A DNA stretch of 15,783 bases from a virus: the IMG/VR virus record IMGVR_UViG_3300009666_000002. One strand, written 5' to 3'. Each line of letters begins with the position of its first letter. Within the stretch, counting starts at the first letter, position 1. The translations under genes were made by a program, and so were the position numbers. The notes beneath the pieces are model-generated. The model had not been told where the DNA came from and made no database searches. It saw nothing but the letters and a program-made list of their open reading frames with translations. Of the stretch, positions 1 to 7,859 are shown in pieces.

Positions 1-93
1 AGGCCCCGGAGGGCGTCGGCGAAGAACTTGTCAGGCCTGTAAGCCTCGGTCTCGTTCACAGAATCGGCGAAGGTACACGCCCTCGATACTCCA
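1..93. repeat. Left copy of an exact 93-bp terminal direct repeat (identical to 15691..15783). It marks a circular or circularly permuted genome with a 15,690-bp unit length.
   Basis: Direct comparison: bases 1..93 (aggccccggagggcgtcggcgaag...cctcgatactcca) match 15691..15783 exactly. The repeat lies inside a coding frame that continues across the junction. Confidence 0.95.
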
Positions 94-788
94 GCCAGGA
101 CCTTGTAGTGGTCCCCGGCGGCGTTGGGGACGTTGTTGGACTGGAGCACGTCGAAGCCATAGATCCGGCCTATCTGGCCGTTGAGCATGACGCCCTCCAC
201 CCCGGACCAAACCGGCGTGGTGATCGTGTCCTCCTGGAACATCACCTTAGTAACCCATGGAGGAAGGATGACCCAGCGGCCCTGGGTGGGCACGTTGGCC
301 TCATCGAGCTTCTGCTTAACCTCAAGCAGCTCCTCGGTTACGATGTCGGTCGTCCCGTCGAAGATCTTATCGGACCCGTCAGCCCCCACAGCAGAGCCGG
401 CCTGAGCGGCCATGATTCCGGCGATGTACTCGTCGGCGACCTCGGCGAGCCGATAGGCCGCGTCTCTCGTGGCGGATTCCATCAGCCGCACGTTCATCTG
501 AGCCTTGTCGATGTCCTCGATTCTGAAGTTGAAGTATTTGGCCTGGGTGATCTCCAGCGTGGTGGAGGCGTCGTCCAGCTCCTCGGGATCGCCGAGTCCG
601 GCCGTCTTGTCGTAGTTGTCGATCGTTATCGGGCCGTGAGCGGTGATCCTCACCGTGTCGCCCTTCCCCTTCACGTCGCCCTCATAGTCCCGGTTGATCA
701 CCGGGGCCTGGCCGTAAACCAGGGACTTCTGGAGACTCTGGAGGATTTGGGCGGCCCAAACCTCTCCTATGAAATTCGTTATTGCCAT
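1..788 (-). CDS. Major capsid protein, N-terminal 263 codons. P22-coat-like/HK97-fold. The gene wraps the circular junction and finishes at 15624..15690, for 284 aa in total.
   Basis: The ATG is the complement of 786..788, with GAGGT 9 nt upstream. My translation is MAITNFIGEVWAAQILQSLQKSLVYGQAPVINRDYEGDVKGKGDTVRIT...QGRWVILPPWV...YRPDKFFADALRGL, with no stop down to base 1. The N-terminal pattern (F-I-x-E-x-W...NRDYEG...GDTV-I) is typical of P22-coat-like capsid proteins. The gene sits directly after a scaffold gene. The ORF track lacks it because it is open at the window edge. Confidence 0.85.
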   Translation of the reverse strand, partial: MAITNFIGEVWAAQILQSLQKSLVYGQAPVINRDYEGDVKGKGDTVRITAHGPITIDNYDKTAGLGDPEELDDASTTLEITQAKYFNFRIEDIDKAQMNVRLMESATRDAAYRLAEVADEYIAGIMAAQAGSAVGADGSDKIFDGTTDIVTEELLEVKQKLDEANVPTQGRWVILPPWVTKVMFQEDTITTPVWSGVEGVMLNGQIGRIYGFDVLQSNNVPNAAGDHYKVLAGVSRACTFADSVNETEAYRPDKFFADALRG

Positions 789-794
789 GTGATC

Positions 795-1226
795 TTACCT
801 CAAAGTGCCCTCTTTCATCTGGCTCTTGATCTGATCCATGTGCTCGATGATTTCTTGCGGTTTCATGGCCTTCACGGCCTCGCGGGTTAGGGGTTTCTTT
901 GTCTCGCCCGCCGGATTGCCACCGCCCCCTACAGGCTCTTTGGGTCCGATCTCTTTCAGCAGCTTCTCACCGTCGGCCTTCAGCTCCGCCTCGGTCGTCC
1001 CCTGGAGGCGTCCCGCCAGGGAAGGAGGGAGTTTCAGGTCGGTGGCGATCTTCGCTTTCAGAGAGTCCAGGTTCTTGGATTCGTGATCAGCCAGCTTCGC
1101 TTTGAGATCGGCATTTTCAGCCTTGATCTCGTCGTAATCGGCATACTTCGCCTTCTCTCTGGCTACCCGTTCCTGGATGAAGCGGTCCACATCTGCCTGA
1201 GTGAATTTCTTTTCATCATCGGTCAT
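795..1226 (-). CDS. Capsid assembly scaffolding protein (DUF4355-like)
   Basis: 143 aa, highly charged and coiled-coil. The N-terminus (FTQADVDRFIQERVAREKAKY) is typical of phage scaffold proteins. It lies immediately upstream of the capsid gene. GGAGAT sits 8 nt before the ATG. Confidence 0.75.
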   Translation of the reverse strand: MTDDEKKFTQADVDRFIQERVAREKAKYADYDEIKAENADLKAKLADHESKNLDSLKAKIATDLKLPPSLAGRLQGTTEAELKADGEKLLKEIGPKEPVGGGGNPAGETKKPLTREAVKAMKPQEIIEHMDQIKSQMKEGTLR

Positions 1227-1288
1227 GGGTTTGAATCTCCGAAGTTCACGGCCTTCGTTTGCCTAATTGTAGATATTAACTAACATAC

Positions 1289-1296
1289 TATTTAAA
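1289..1296 (-). promoter_or_regulatory. Archaeal-type TATA box (TTTAAATA on the minus strand); putative late/structural operon promoter
   Basis: TTTAAATA lies about 62 nt upstream of the scaffold ATG in a low-GC intergenic region. The implied leader carries the GGAGAT ribosome binding site. Confidence 0.45.
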
Positions 1297-1471
1297 TGTT
1301 TGTCCTTTTTGTGAAAGCATTATAGTGGTGTCCCCGCAATGAAGGAAGATGATCAAAAACAAATTTTTACAAAAGATTGGTTAGCGCAGAGCCTACAATA
1401 ACCGATCGAGGCGAAGGCGCCCGCTCGAATCTGGGTTAGCGGAGGGGCCCCTGGATTTCGAAGAGCAAAAA

Positions 1472-1897
1472 TTACTGTGGAAGGGCGTTCGCGGCTCTAG
1501 TCAAATGCCCTGATCCACTTGTAATATACTGGCTTGCCAAAGTAATCTTGTCAGCATCCATCTCATCTACACCCATATAGCCATACAAACCCGCGTTTGC
1601 AAAATCATCCAGTGCGTAGCCAAATTCTTGTTTGGACGTTCTGAATGCATATGAAACGGAGCATTCATCATTCAATTTTTTCGCTTCGGTTGCATGACCA
1701 TACAAGGCTGCAAATCCGTCACTCAATGCATCAAAATCGAAGGCTTCTGATGCCGCAGTTATGTCTTCCATATCTTGGACCATAAACCCGGCGGCTACTG
1801 TGACAAGATTTATCCATTCTTGATCACCTTCCGATACTCCAAATGCAACTTGGCTTGCCAGACACAAACACAATATCGATGCGAGAACTATTTTCAA
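1472..1897 (-). CDS. Secreted protein of unknown function (Sec-type signal peptide); low-GC insert between portal and scaffold
   Basis: TTG start with GGAGGAG 5 nt upstream. The N-terminus MKIVLASILCLCLASQVAFG/VSEG has a charged n-region, a hydrophobic core and an A-x-G cleavage-like site. The mature part is acidic. GC content is visibly lower than in the flanking head genes. A T5 tract follows the stop codon directly. Confidence 0.7.
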   Translation of the reverse strand: MKIVLASILCLCLASQVAFGVSEGDQEWINLVTVAAGFMVQDMEDITAASEAFDFDALSDGFAALYGHATEAKKLNDECSVSYAFRTSKQEFGYALDDFANAGLYGYMGVDEMDADKITLASQYITSGSGHLTRAANALPQ

Positions 1898-1933
1898 TAT
1901 AACTCCTCCGATTCATATGTATGCGCCTTTGAC

Positions 1934-1941
1934 ATTATAAA
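1934..1941 (-). promoter_or_regulatory. Archaeal-type TATA box (TTTATAAT) for the secreted-protein gene
   Basis: The box sits about 23 nt upstream of the position just before the GGAGGAG ribosome binding site, and directly downstream of the portal stop codon. Confidence 0.4.
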
Positions 1942-1958
1942 TCTGTCGAGTTAGATAC

Positions 1959-3323
1959 TCAGAGGATGGGAGCCGAGCCCCCCTCCTCCTCTTCGATCCT
2001 CGCCACTTCGGCCTCCAGGTCCTCCTCGGATGCGTCGGGGTCCAGCCGGGCCAGGCTCCCTCTGGTTGAAGTCGCCCGCGCGCTACGTCTCGTTAGCTCC
2101 ACCTTTGCCGCTTCTACGGGGTCGACAGGAAGAGACGACCTCCACTCCAGGGAGACGTTGGTGAGGGCCTGAGATCCGCTCATCCGGGATGCAACCTCGA
2201 GCTCTGCAGTGGTCTTCAGGACCTCGACGAGCTTCGGCCTGATCCGGAGCCGGAGCCGGTTGACCTTCGCCAGCGTGGGGAGCATAAGGCGCTTGAGGGC
2301 GCTTCCCGACTCGGCCAGGCCGCTCTTAGTCTCACCGAAGGCAGCCGGGGACAGTTCGGCCATGACGTAGAGCTGAGAGAGAAGGGTCTCGATTTGGGTG
2401 AATGTGGCGCCCATCTGAGCATCCCACACCAGGATCTCGGGGTTCCGCTCGTCCTCGTTCAAGGCGATGTACTTCTCATCAGACGCCCACACGATCTCGC
2501 CCGTGATCGGATCTCGGACCCTGAGCCCCGACGGGCCACACATCCAGGGATCGGCGAAGGTGTCCAGGGTCCCCGAGACCTTGATCAGCCGCCGCTCGAT
2601 CTCCTCAACGATGTCGGAGACGTCTTTGAAGTCGTCCAGCCCGAAGACGCCGTCCCCTGCCTTCAGGTTGGAGAAGGGGAAGACCAGGAAGCCGGCCACC
2701 CCCGTCTCCTCCTCGGGCGTCAGGCTGGCGTATCTCGGGATGGTGGCCAGGTCGACGGGCTCTTTGATCTCTTTGCCGTCGGAAGTTAGCTCAAGGAGCC
2801 GGTGCTCTATCTTTCCGGGCTTGTGGATCTCCACCTTGACGTATCGGTCGTCGCCTTGTTTGACCTCCCAGGCCAGGGCATGAGCCGTGAAGGTTCCGGC
2901 GTCGTCGGGGTCCACTACCGGGAACCAGTGACGGGGATCTATCCGACTGATAACCCCACGCTTCCCATCCCATCGGGGTTTGAGGACCCCATCCCCGAAG
3001 GCGATCAGGTCGCTGAAGAGGTCGTAGACGAGGATCTCGAAGGCGTTATCGTCGGTGATCCGGTCCACCGTGGTCTGATCCACGGCCGTGATCTTCGGCG
3101 GGTTCCCCACAGCCAGGTCGCTGAAGAGGGTCATGATCCGCTTGAACCAGTTGACACGCATCTTGATGATCCGGGGGGCGTCGTCCTCGTTCAGTCCAGC
3201 GAAGACGAGATCGTGGTCTCCCTCCATTAGCAGCCGGTTCTTTGCATATCGAGCCAGCCGGTCTTTGTCTGGCGGCCACTTCTGGCCGGGCTTCAGAAAA
3301 TCTAACGTAGTGAATACGGTCAT
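1959..3323 (-). CDS. Portal protein
   Basis: 454 aa, immediately downstream of the large terminase with a 4-nt ATGA overlap. The N-terminus (KWPPDKDRLARYAKNRLLMEGDH) and acidic C-terminal tail are typical of SPP1-gp6-like portals. Size and position also fit. Confidence 0.8.
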   Translation of the reverse strand: MTVFTTLDFLKPGQKWPPDKDRLARYAKNRLLMEGDHDLVFAGLNEDDAPRIIKMRVNWFKRIMTLFSDLAVGNPPKITAVDQTTVDRITDDNAFEILVYDLFSDLIAFGDGVLKPRWDGKRGVISRIDPRHWFPVVDPDDAGTFTAHALAWEVKQGDDRYVKVEIHKPGKIEHRLLELTSDGKEIKEPVDLATIPRYASLTPEEETGVAGFLVFPFSNLKAGDGVFGLDDFKDVSDIVEEIERRLIKVSGTLDTFADPWMCGPSGLRVRDPITGEIVWASDEKYIALNEDERNPEILVWDAQMGATFTQIETLLSQLYVMAELSPAAFGETKSGLAESGSALKRLMLPTLAKVNRLRLRIRPKLVEVLKTTAELEVASRMSGSQALTNVSLEWRSSLPVDPVEAAKVELTRRSARATSTRGSLARLDPDASEEDLEAEVARIEEEEGGSAPIL

Positions 3324-4534
3324 CTTGAAGGCCTCCTAAAATCGGTAACACGGCGGCTCTTGCTGATCCTGTTAACCAGGTAGCGAAGGGTGTCGACGAG
3401 GTCGTCGTCTTCTTTGATGGGGGCGTCCTCTCCCCGCTCGGTGGCTTTGGGGTCCCATCGGTAGCCCTCCAGCTCCTCCTGGAGCATCTCGGTCGACGGG
3501 CCGACGAGGTAGAGCCATCCCTGGTCGAAGGCGTTGATCACCTTCTGGATCCCGTTGAGAACGTCGTTATCGGCCTGCTGGACGCCCTCGATTCCATCCC
3601 CCACAAACTGGAGCCGGTGAGCCTTCGCCGCCGGGTCGACGTCGATCGATGTCGGATACATCCCAGCCAGGAATTTCTTCAGGTCCTTCGAGACCTCAGC
3701 CGGGGACTTGTCGGCCTTCCGGTACTCTCCAGCGATGTACCACTTATCGGCGATCCGGAAGCCTTTCAGCATCGCCGTGGGGTGAGTGGCTCCAGGATCC
3801 ACAGCGACTCTCATCTCCTCAATCCGGCCGTCGGGGAGGCGGGGGATGCAGTGAATATCCCGGTTGAAGTTTCGGTAAACGGCGCCCTCAGCAGCCACCC
3901 ACAGGCCATCGATGTACCTCTGATAGAAGAGAGATCCTCGAGGCCCGAACTGGCGCTTCAGCTCGGCGACGTACAGGGGGTCCAGCCAGGGGTTATCCTC
4001 CAGCTCGAAATGCCAGGTCTTGAGATCCAGCTCGTCCTCCCGGTCGATCCATTTCTTCTTTAGATAATGAGCCGGCGGGCCCGGATTCGTCGTGAGGAAG
4101 AGCTGAGAGCCCGGCTCGGAGAGACGAGAGATCAGCATGTTGAAGAAGCTCTCAGGTGTTAGGCTCCCCTCATCGACCAGGGCACCGCCGAGGGTGAGGC
4201 CTGCGATCTTCGTGAAGGCGCTCTCGTCGTTGGCTCCCTCACAAAGGATATGCCGCCCGTATATGGTGGCGACCTTGAGGGACCGCCGGTACTCGAAGTT
4301 TTGAGGGCCTACCAGGGAGGCGATAGGCAGAAGGACGTTCCTCTCCAGGCTCGTGAGGGTCTTCCCGGTCATCAGCAGGTTGACCCCGGCCGGAGCCTCG
4401 AGGACGGCCCGGAGCCACCGGACGTTAGCCCCGACGGTCTTCGCCGATCTGACAGCGCCGTGGAGAATGTTCACCCTTGCATCGGAACCGAGGCAGAAGT
4501 CCCGCTGCTTTCCGGTGGGAACCTGGAAGCTCAA
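3320..4534 (-). CDS. terL: Terminase large subunit (PBSX/terminase_6-like)
   Basis: 404 aa. It has a Walker A-like GAVRSAKT, a Walker B-like ALVDEGS, and a C-terminal RNase-H-like nuclease region (VAVDPGATHPTA ... DDLVDTLRY). It overlaps the small-subunit gene by 4 nt. Confidence 0.88.
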   Translation of the reverse strand: MSFQVPTGKQRDFCLGSDARVNILHGAVRSAKTVGANVRWLRAVLEAPAGVNLLMTGKTLTSLERNVLLPIASLVGPQNFEYRRSLKVATIYGRHILCEGANDESAFTKIAGLTLGGALVDEGSLTPESFFNMLISRLSEPGSQLFLTTNPGPPAHYLKKKWIDREDELDLKTWHFELEDNPWLDPLYVAELKRQFGPRGSLFYQRYIDGLWVAAEGAVYRNFNRDIHCIPRLPDGRIEEMRVAVDPGATHPTAMLKGFRIADKWYIAGEYRKADKSPAEVSKDLKKFLAGMYPTSIDVDPAAKAHRLQFVGDGIEGVQQADNDVLNGIQKVINAFDQGWLYLVGPSTEMLQEELEGYRWDPKATERGEDAPIKEDDDLVDTLRYLVNRISKSRRVTDFRRPSR

Positions 4535-4944
4535 GTCTCCGCCTCCTCGCCCATCTTCTCAAACAATATGCGGATCTCTCCGCCCTTCGCCGATGGGTCG
4601 GTGGACTCTTCCAGCCGCCGCTTATCGATGCCGATCGCAAAGCCGGTCATCAGATATTGAAAATCGCGGGGGTTATCGCAGGCTTTCAGAAGCTCTCGGC
4701 CTTTGTTCAGGGCCTCGCCGATCAGTTTGATCCTGTCTTCGGAGGCGTAACAGGACTTGATAAGAGCGGCCCTTTTTGTGGTGGAACGTTCCCCTAGATC
4801 CAGGCCGTTCCTGGAAGCGATCCGGGATATCGTTCCCGTCCCTCTCTGAAACTCTTCGGCCACGTCCCGGACGGACCGGCCCGCCTTCAGGGCTTCCAGT
4901 ATCTCGGCCTCTTCATCTTCGAATACGGGACCGCCTTTGCTCAT
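4531..4944 (-). CDS. terS: Terminase small subunit candidate (N-terminal helix-turn-helix)
   Basis: 137 aa, translationally coupled to terL. It has an HTH-like segment (RSVRDVAEEFQRGTGTISRIASRNG). The call rests mainly on position and size. Confidence 0.6.
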   Translation of the reverse strand: MSKGGPVFEDEEAEILEALKAGRSVRDVAEEFQRGTGTISRIASRNGLDLGERSTTKRAALIKSCYASEDRIKLIGEALNKGRELLKACDNPRDFQYLMTGFAIGIDKRRLEESTDPSAKGGEIRILFEKMGEEAET

Positions 4945-4968
4945 TGTGTGTACTATTAGGACAATCGC

Positions 4969-4976
4969 TATATAAA
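4969..4976 (-). promoter_or_regulatory. Archaeal-type TATA box (TTTATATA) 24 nt upstream of the terS ATG; near-leaderless geometry
   Basis: The minus strand reads TTTATATA, then 24 nt, then ATGAGC. There is no Shine-Dalgarno sequence. Confidence 0.5.
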
Positions 4977-4994
4977 TAGCTTTGGTTAATTATC

Positions 4995-7583
4995 CTAATC
5001 CGGACAATTGAACCCCCTCGAATATCCCTGTTGCTCCAGCATCCCGATAGCCATCACTGCCTTATCCTTCGGCCACTCCTTCTGCACCTTCATCAACTGC
5101 TTGACCGTCGGGACTTGGCCTCCTCCGATGTCCAAGTAGGCGGGGATGCTCAAGCCGAAGATGGTATTCGCTTCGGTCTTTTCGGGGACCGCCGCCACGT
5201 TTGGCTTCGGGGGCCGTGGAGGTGAGCATACTGTCAATCTGTCGATACTGTCACTACAGTCACCGGTGTCACCACTGTCACCTAGTTTGGGCTCCTTTTT
5301 AGTAACATGATTCCCACAAGAAGATGATTTATCTTCTGATCTAGTGTTACGTTTATCCTCTCGATCCTCAGTGTTACGAGTGACAGTATGGACAGTATCG
5401 ACATTATCGACGGTATAGACAGTTCCGACATTAAGAACGACCTTAACCGTAGATTCCCCTCTGGGGTTCTGGATCTCACAATATTCGACGGTCCCATCCC
5501 CGGCCATGGTATCGAGGTATTCCTGAAGCTCTTTCGCCTTGATCTTCACATGCCTGGATATTTCCCGCTTGGTAGAGACGCCGCCATGCCTCTTCAAAAA
5601 CGCTATGATCCGGTCGATAATGTTCCGCTCCAGGTCCCGGCCAACCATGTCATAGACGGCCATGGCCATGGGCTGATAGTACTCGTCCACAAGCCGACAA
5701 GCCTCGATGACGTACTCGAGCCGGATAGGTCGTCTCCATGCCGGATCGAAGTCAGAAGATCCCAGCTCGAAGAGCATCGCCAGTTTAGCCACCAACGGAA
5801 CCAACCTGCTGTGAATCTGCATCTCGTTGGCGTCGTCTCTCCTCTCGATCTCCCTTGCCCGCTGCTTTTGCCACCGGGTCCAGTACTCTGCCGCCTCTTT
5901 ACTGAAATTAAGCTGTTGTCTCACCATCTCGGAGACGGTTTTTGACATGGCAGCCAATTGTCCCTTGACGACGAGCTCCAGCTCGGAGTTCATCGCCTCG
6001 CCTTCCTCCAGGGGAAGCCATCGCTCTTTGGGTCTCCTCGGGAAGTGATAGATGAACCTCGCCATGAAGCCGCTGAGGGTGTCGTTGATCTCGGTGTTAG
6101 CCGCTAACGAGGAGTCGGTCGTCGCCCACAGGACGTTGAGATAGGGGTCGTCCACGTTAAACTCGTTTTTACTCTTCGTCCGCCTGTTGGTCCTCAGCTT
6201 CCGGTGAATGGGTCGGCAATCGTACAACTGCATCAGCGAATCTTTGAAGCCCCTCATGTAGTCCCGTCTCATGGTCGACAAGATTCCGGCAGCCTCGTCT
6301 CTCACCCACGGGGCATGGGGGCATTCATCGAGGTGCTCGATGAAGGCTTCCGGCGAGAACTCTGTCGGGACTGCATTGATCGCCGTCCCCGGTCGGTGAT
6401 CGTTGAGAAGAGACTCGGTGATGTCGGCGACGGTGCTCTTGCGGCTGAGGCTCGATCTTCCGGCTATGAAGATGTAGAGGTTTGGATAGACCGGCCCCTG
6501 TCGCAGCTTGACCCATATTTTCTTATCGGCAATCACAGCCAGTTGATAGAGCCCCCCAGCGAGCCAGTAATCGGGGTAGGCGTCCGATACGTCTCGCCCG
6601 TATGCGATATAGCGGGTTAGATAGTGGTTCCCAGGCAGGTTAAGCTCGAATTTTGGGCCGTGATCCATCTTCCTGGAGGCTAGCTCCTCCTCGGTGATCG
6701 GCTTTGCCTCCTCGATCCCACCGGTGTTCCCCTTCGGCGCCGCTGCTGATTGGATCGCTCTTCTGATTGTGGTGTCTCTGTAGTCGTCGGCACCCCTCTC
6801 TCTCCATTTCTCCTGTGGGCTGGAGTCCATCAAAGATCTGATCTCGGACTCGGAGAACCCCTCTTCCCACAGCCTGGCGCAGAGGTGGAACTCGTGGTCC
6901 GATCGATCGCCGACACTCGCTGGAGAATAGTATCTATCCTTAAACTTCGGGTCGTCATCGCAGAGGGCTGCGAATCTCTCGGCCAGATCATCGCCCACTT
7001 TTCCCCCCTCGCCGTGGGTGGTGGGGGCCTCCTGGGAGGCGCTCCATATCCGGCGGTGTACTCGATCGAGTGCCTCGTCGAAGTCCTCTATATCAGAGGT
7101 TGCGCTGTCCAGCCTGTGGCCGGTAAAGGTGAGATACCGACCCCCGTCGTACATCTCGATATTACCCTTTTTGCGTCCCTCTCGCCGGAGCTTCCCATAT
7201 CCCAGGACTCGGAGCCCCTCACCGCTTGGAGAGATCTCAACGTAGCTTCCCAGCTCCTCGACGATCTCCAAGGCCCAGGGCTCGATCTTTGCCCCATTGA
7301 CGCAGTGGTCTAGGTCGACCCCGGCGAGAGCCTCCATAGCGTTGAGAGAGAGCCCTATACCGTCGAAGCCGCCCTTCTGATAGGCCTGGACTGCCTGGAC
7401 AAATGTCATCCATTCTGCGGGATCGTGGGCGTCGATCTTCTTCCCGTCTTCGTTAAATGGCGGTTTGGTCCATTTTCCATTGACGAGGGTATATTTCCAC
7501 AGAATCCAGCCTTCTACCGCCCTCAGTGCATCGGGTACATTTCGATGCCAGACGTCGAGGGCGATGGGTCGAGGGGCGTTCAT
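4995..7583 (-). CDS. Replication protein: archaeo-eukaryotic primase (prim-pol) N-terminal domain, PriCT-like domain, DUF3987/D5-like helicase-type NTPase, winged helix and a repetitive C-terminal linker
   Basis: 862 aa. AEP motifs are present: GVDLDHC (DxD), YVEISPSGEGLRV (SGxGxH-type motif with R in place of H) and IEMYDGGRYLTFTGH. There is a PriCT-like DRSDHEFHLCARLWEEGFSESEI. The DUF3987-like core has the P-loop-like IAGRSSLSRKST. A wHTH-like IIAFLKRHGGVSTKREISRHV follows. The tail contains TV-x and GD-x tripeptide repeats. Confidence 0.85.
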   Translation of the reverse strand: MNAPRPIALDVWHRNVPDALRAVEGWILWKYTLVNGKWTKPPFNEDGKKIDAHDPAEWMTFVQAVQAYQKGGFDGIGLSLNAMEALAGVDLDHCVNGAKIEPWALEIVEELGSYVEISPSGEGLRVLGYGKLRREGRKKGNIEMYDGGRYLTFTGHRLDSATSDIEDFDEALDRVHRRIWSASQEAPTTHGEGGKVGDDLAERFAALCDDDPKFKDRYYSPASVGDRSDHEFHLCARLWEEGFSESEIRSLMDSSPQEKWRERGADDYRDTTIRRAIQSAAAPKGNTGGIEEAKPITEEELASRKMDHGPKFELNLPGNHYLTRYIAYGRDVSDAYPDYWLAGGLYQLAVIADKKIWVKLRQGPVYPNLYIFIAGRSSLSRKSTVADITESLLNDHRPGTAINAVPTEFSPEAFIEHLDECPHAPWVRDEAAGILSTMRRDYMRGFKDSLMQLYDCRPIHRKLRTNRRTKSKNEFNVDDPYLNVLWATTDSSLAANTEINDTLSGFMARFIYHFPRRPKERWLPLEEGEAMNSELELVVKGQLAAMSKTVSEMVRQQLNFSKEAAEYWTRWQKQRAREIERRDDANEMQIHSRLVPLVAKLAMLFELGSSDFDPAWRRPIRLEYVIEACRLVDEYYQPMAMAVYDMVGRDLERNIIDRIIAFLKRHGGVSTKREISRHVKIKAKELQEYLDTMAGDGTVEYCEIQNPRGESTVKVVLNVGTVYTVDNVDTVHTVTRNTEDREDKRNTRSEDKSSSCGNHVTKKEPKLGDSGDTGDCSDSIDRLTVCSPPRPPKPNVAAVPEKTEANTIFGLSIPAYLDIGGGQVPTVKQLMKVQKEWPKDKAVMAIGMLEQQGYSRGFNCPD
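5227..5279. repeat. Array A: six units of about 9 bp ending in (C)TGTC (for example GATACTGTC), inverted relative to array B
   Basis: The sequence reads catactgtc aatctgtc gatactgtc actacagtc accggtgtc accactgtc. It lies inside the replication gene, where it encodes GD-x repeats. Confidence 0.8.
5382..5435. repeat. Array B: six tandem 9-bp units, consensus GACAGTATC, the reverse complement of the array A units
   Basis: The sequence reads gacagtatg gacagtatc gacattatc gacggtata gacagttcc gacattaag. A 102-bp AT-rich core (5280..5381) separates it from array A. That core contains AGTGTTACG twice, at 5343 and 5370. Confidence 0.8.
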
Positions 7584-7669
7584 CCCCTCACCTCTGGCCT
7601 GATGTCTCTTATTTTTTCGCCATGTGTGGGGGGAAAGTAATCGCCTGTGGGTAACGGTTCCGCTTTCAT
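7580..7669 (-). CDS. Small ORF (29 aa), hypothetical, translationally coupled to the primase gene
   Basis: MKAEPLPTGDYFPPTHGEKIRDIRPEVRG. Its stop overlaps the primase start (ATGA) and its start overlaps the stop of the upstream small ORF (ATGA). It is too short for the ORF track. Confidence 0.3.
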   Translation of the reverse strand: MKAEPLPTGDYFPPTHGEKIRDIRPEVRG

Positions 7670-7797
7670 CTTGACCGCCCCCACTGCTTACTCTCTCTGT
7701 CGATGTCTCGGTCTATCCTGGATGCGATCTCCACATCGTCGTCTTGTTCGCGGAAAACACCGCGAAACTTATATCCTCTAAAATTGCATTCTATCAT
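7666..7797 (-). CDS. Small ORF (43 aa), hypothetical
   Basis: MIECNFRGYKFRGVFREQDDDVEIASRIDRDIDRESKQWGRSR. It has an ATGA overlap with the next small ORF. No Shine-Dalgarno or TATA is recognisable, so it would have to be co-transcribed with the upstream RHH genes. Confidence 0.3.
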   Translation of the reverse strand: MIECNFRGYKFRGVFREQDDDVEIASRIDRDIDRESKQWGRSR

Positions 7798-7829
7798 AGA
7801 CTGACACGCCCGTGTTAGTTGTCACCTGG

Positions 7830-7856
7830 GCGACTTCGGGGTCTAGCCGAAGTCGC
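7830..7856 (-). terminator. GC-rich hairpin (10-bp stem, 7-nt loop) 3 nt after the stop of the 153-aa RHH gene; terminator, attenuator or RNA-processing structure
   Basis: GCGACTTCGG-ggtctag-CCGAAGTCGC. No T-tract follows on the minus strand, so function as a true terminator is uncertain. Confidence 0.4.
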
Positions 7857-7859
7857 ATT

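Noticed and set aside
108-890. 260-aa plus-strand ORF, plus the nested 74-aa ORF
   Set aside because: It is antisense to the capsid gene. The translation is Gly/Val/Leu/His/Arg-rich with no recognisable motifs, whereas the minus-strand frame gives a clean capsid-like protein with a ribosome binding site and operon context.
1375-1455. tRNA-like strings (TTGGTTAGCGCAG, GCTCGAATCTGGG), possibly a tRNA gene or att fragment
   Set aside because: I could not fold a cloverleaf on either strand. No acceptor or anticodon stems pair, and the T-arm stems do not pair. With no integrase present, an att site is unsupported. A tRNAscan-SE run would settle it.
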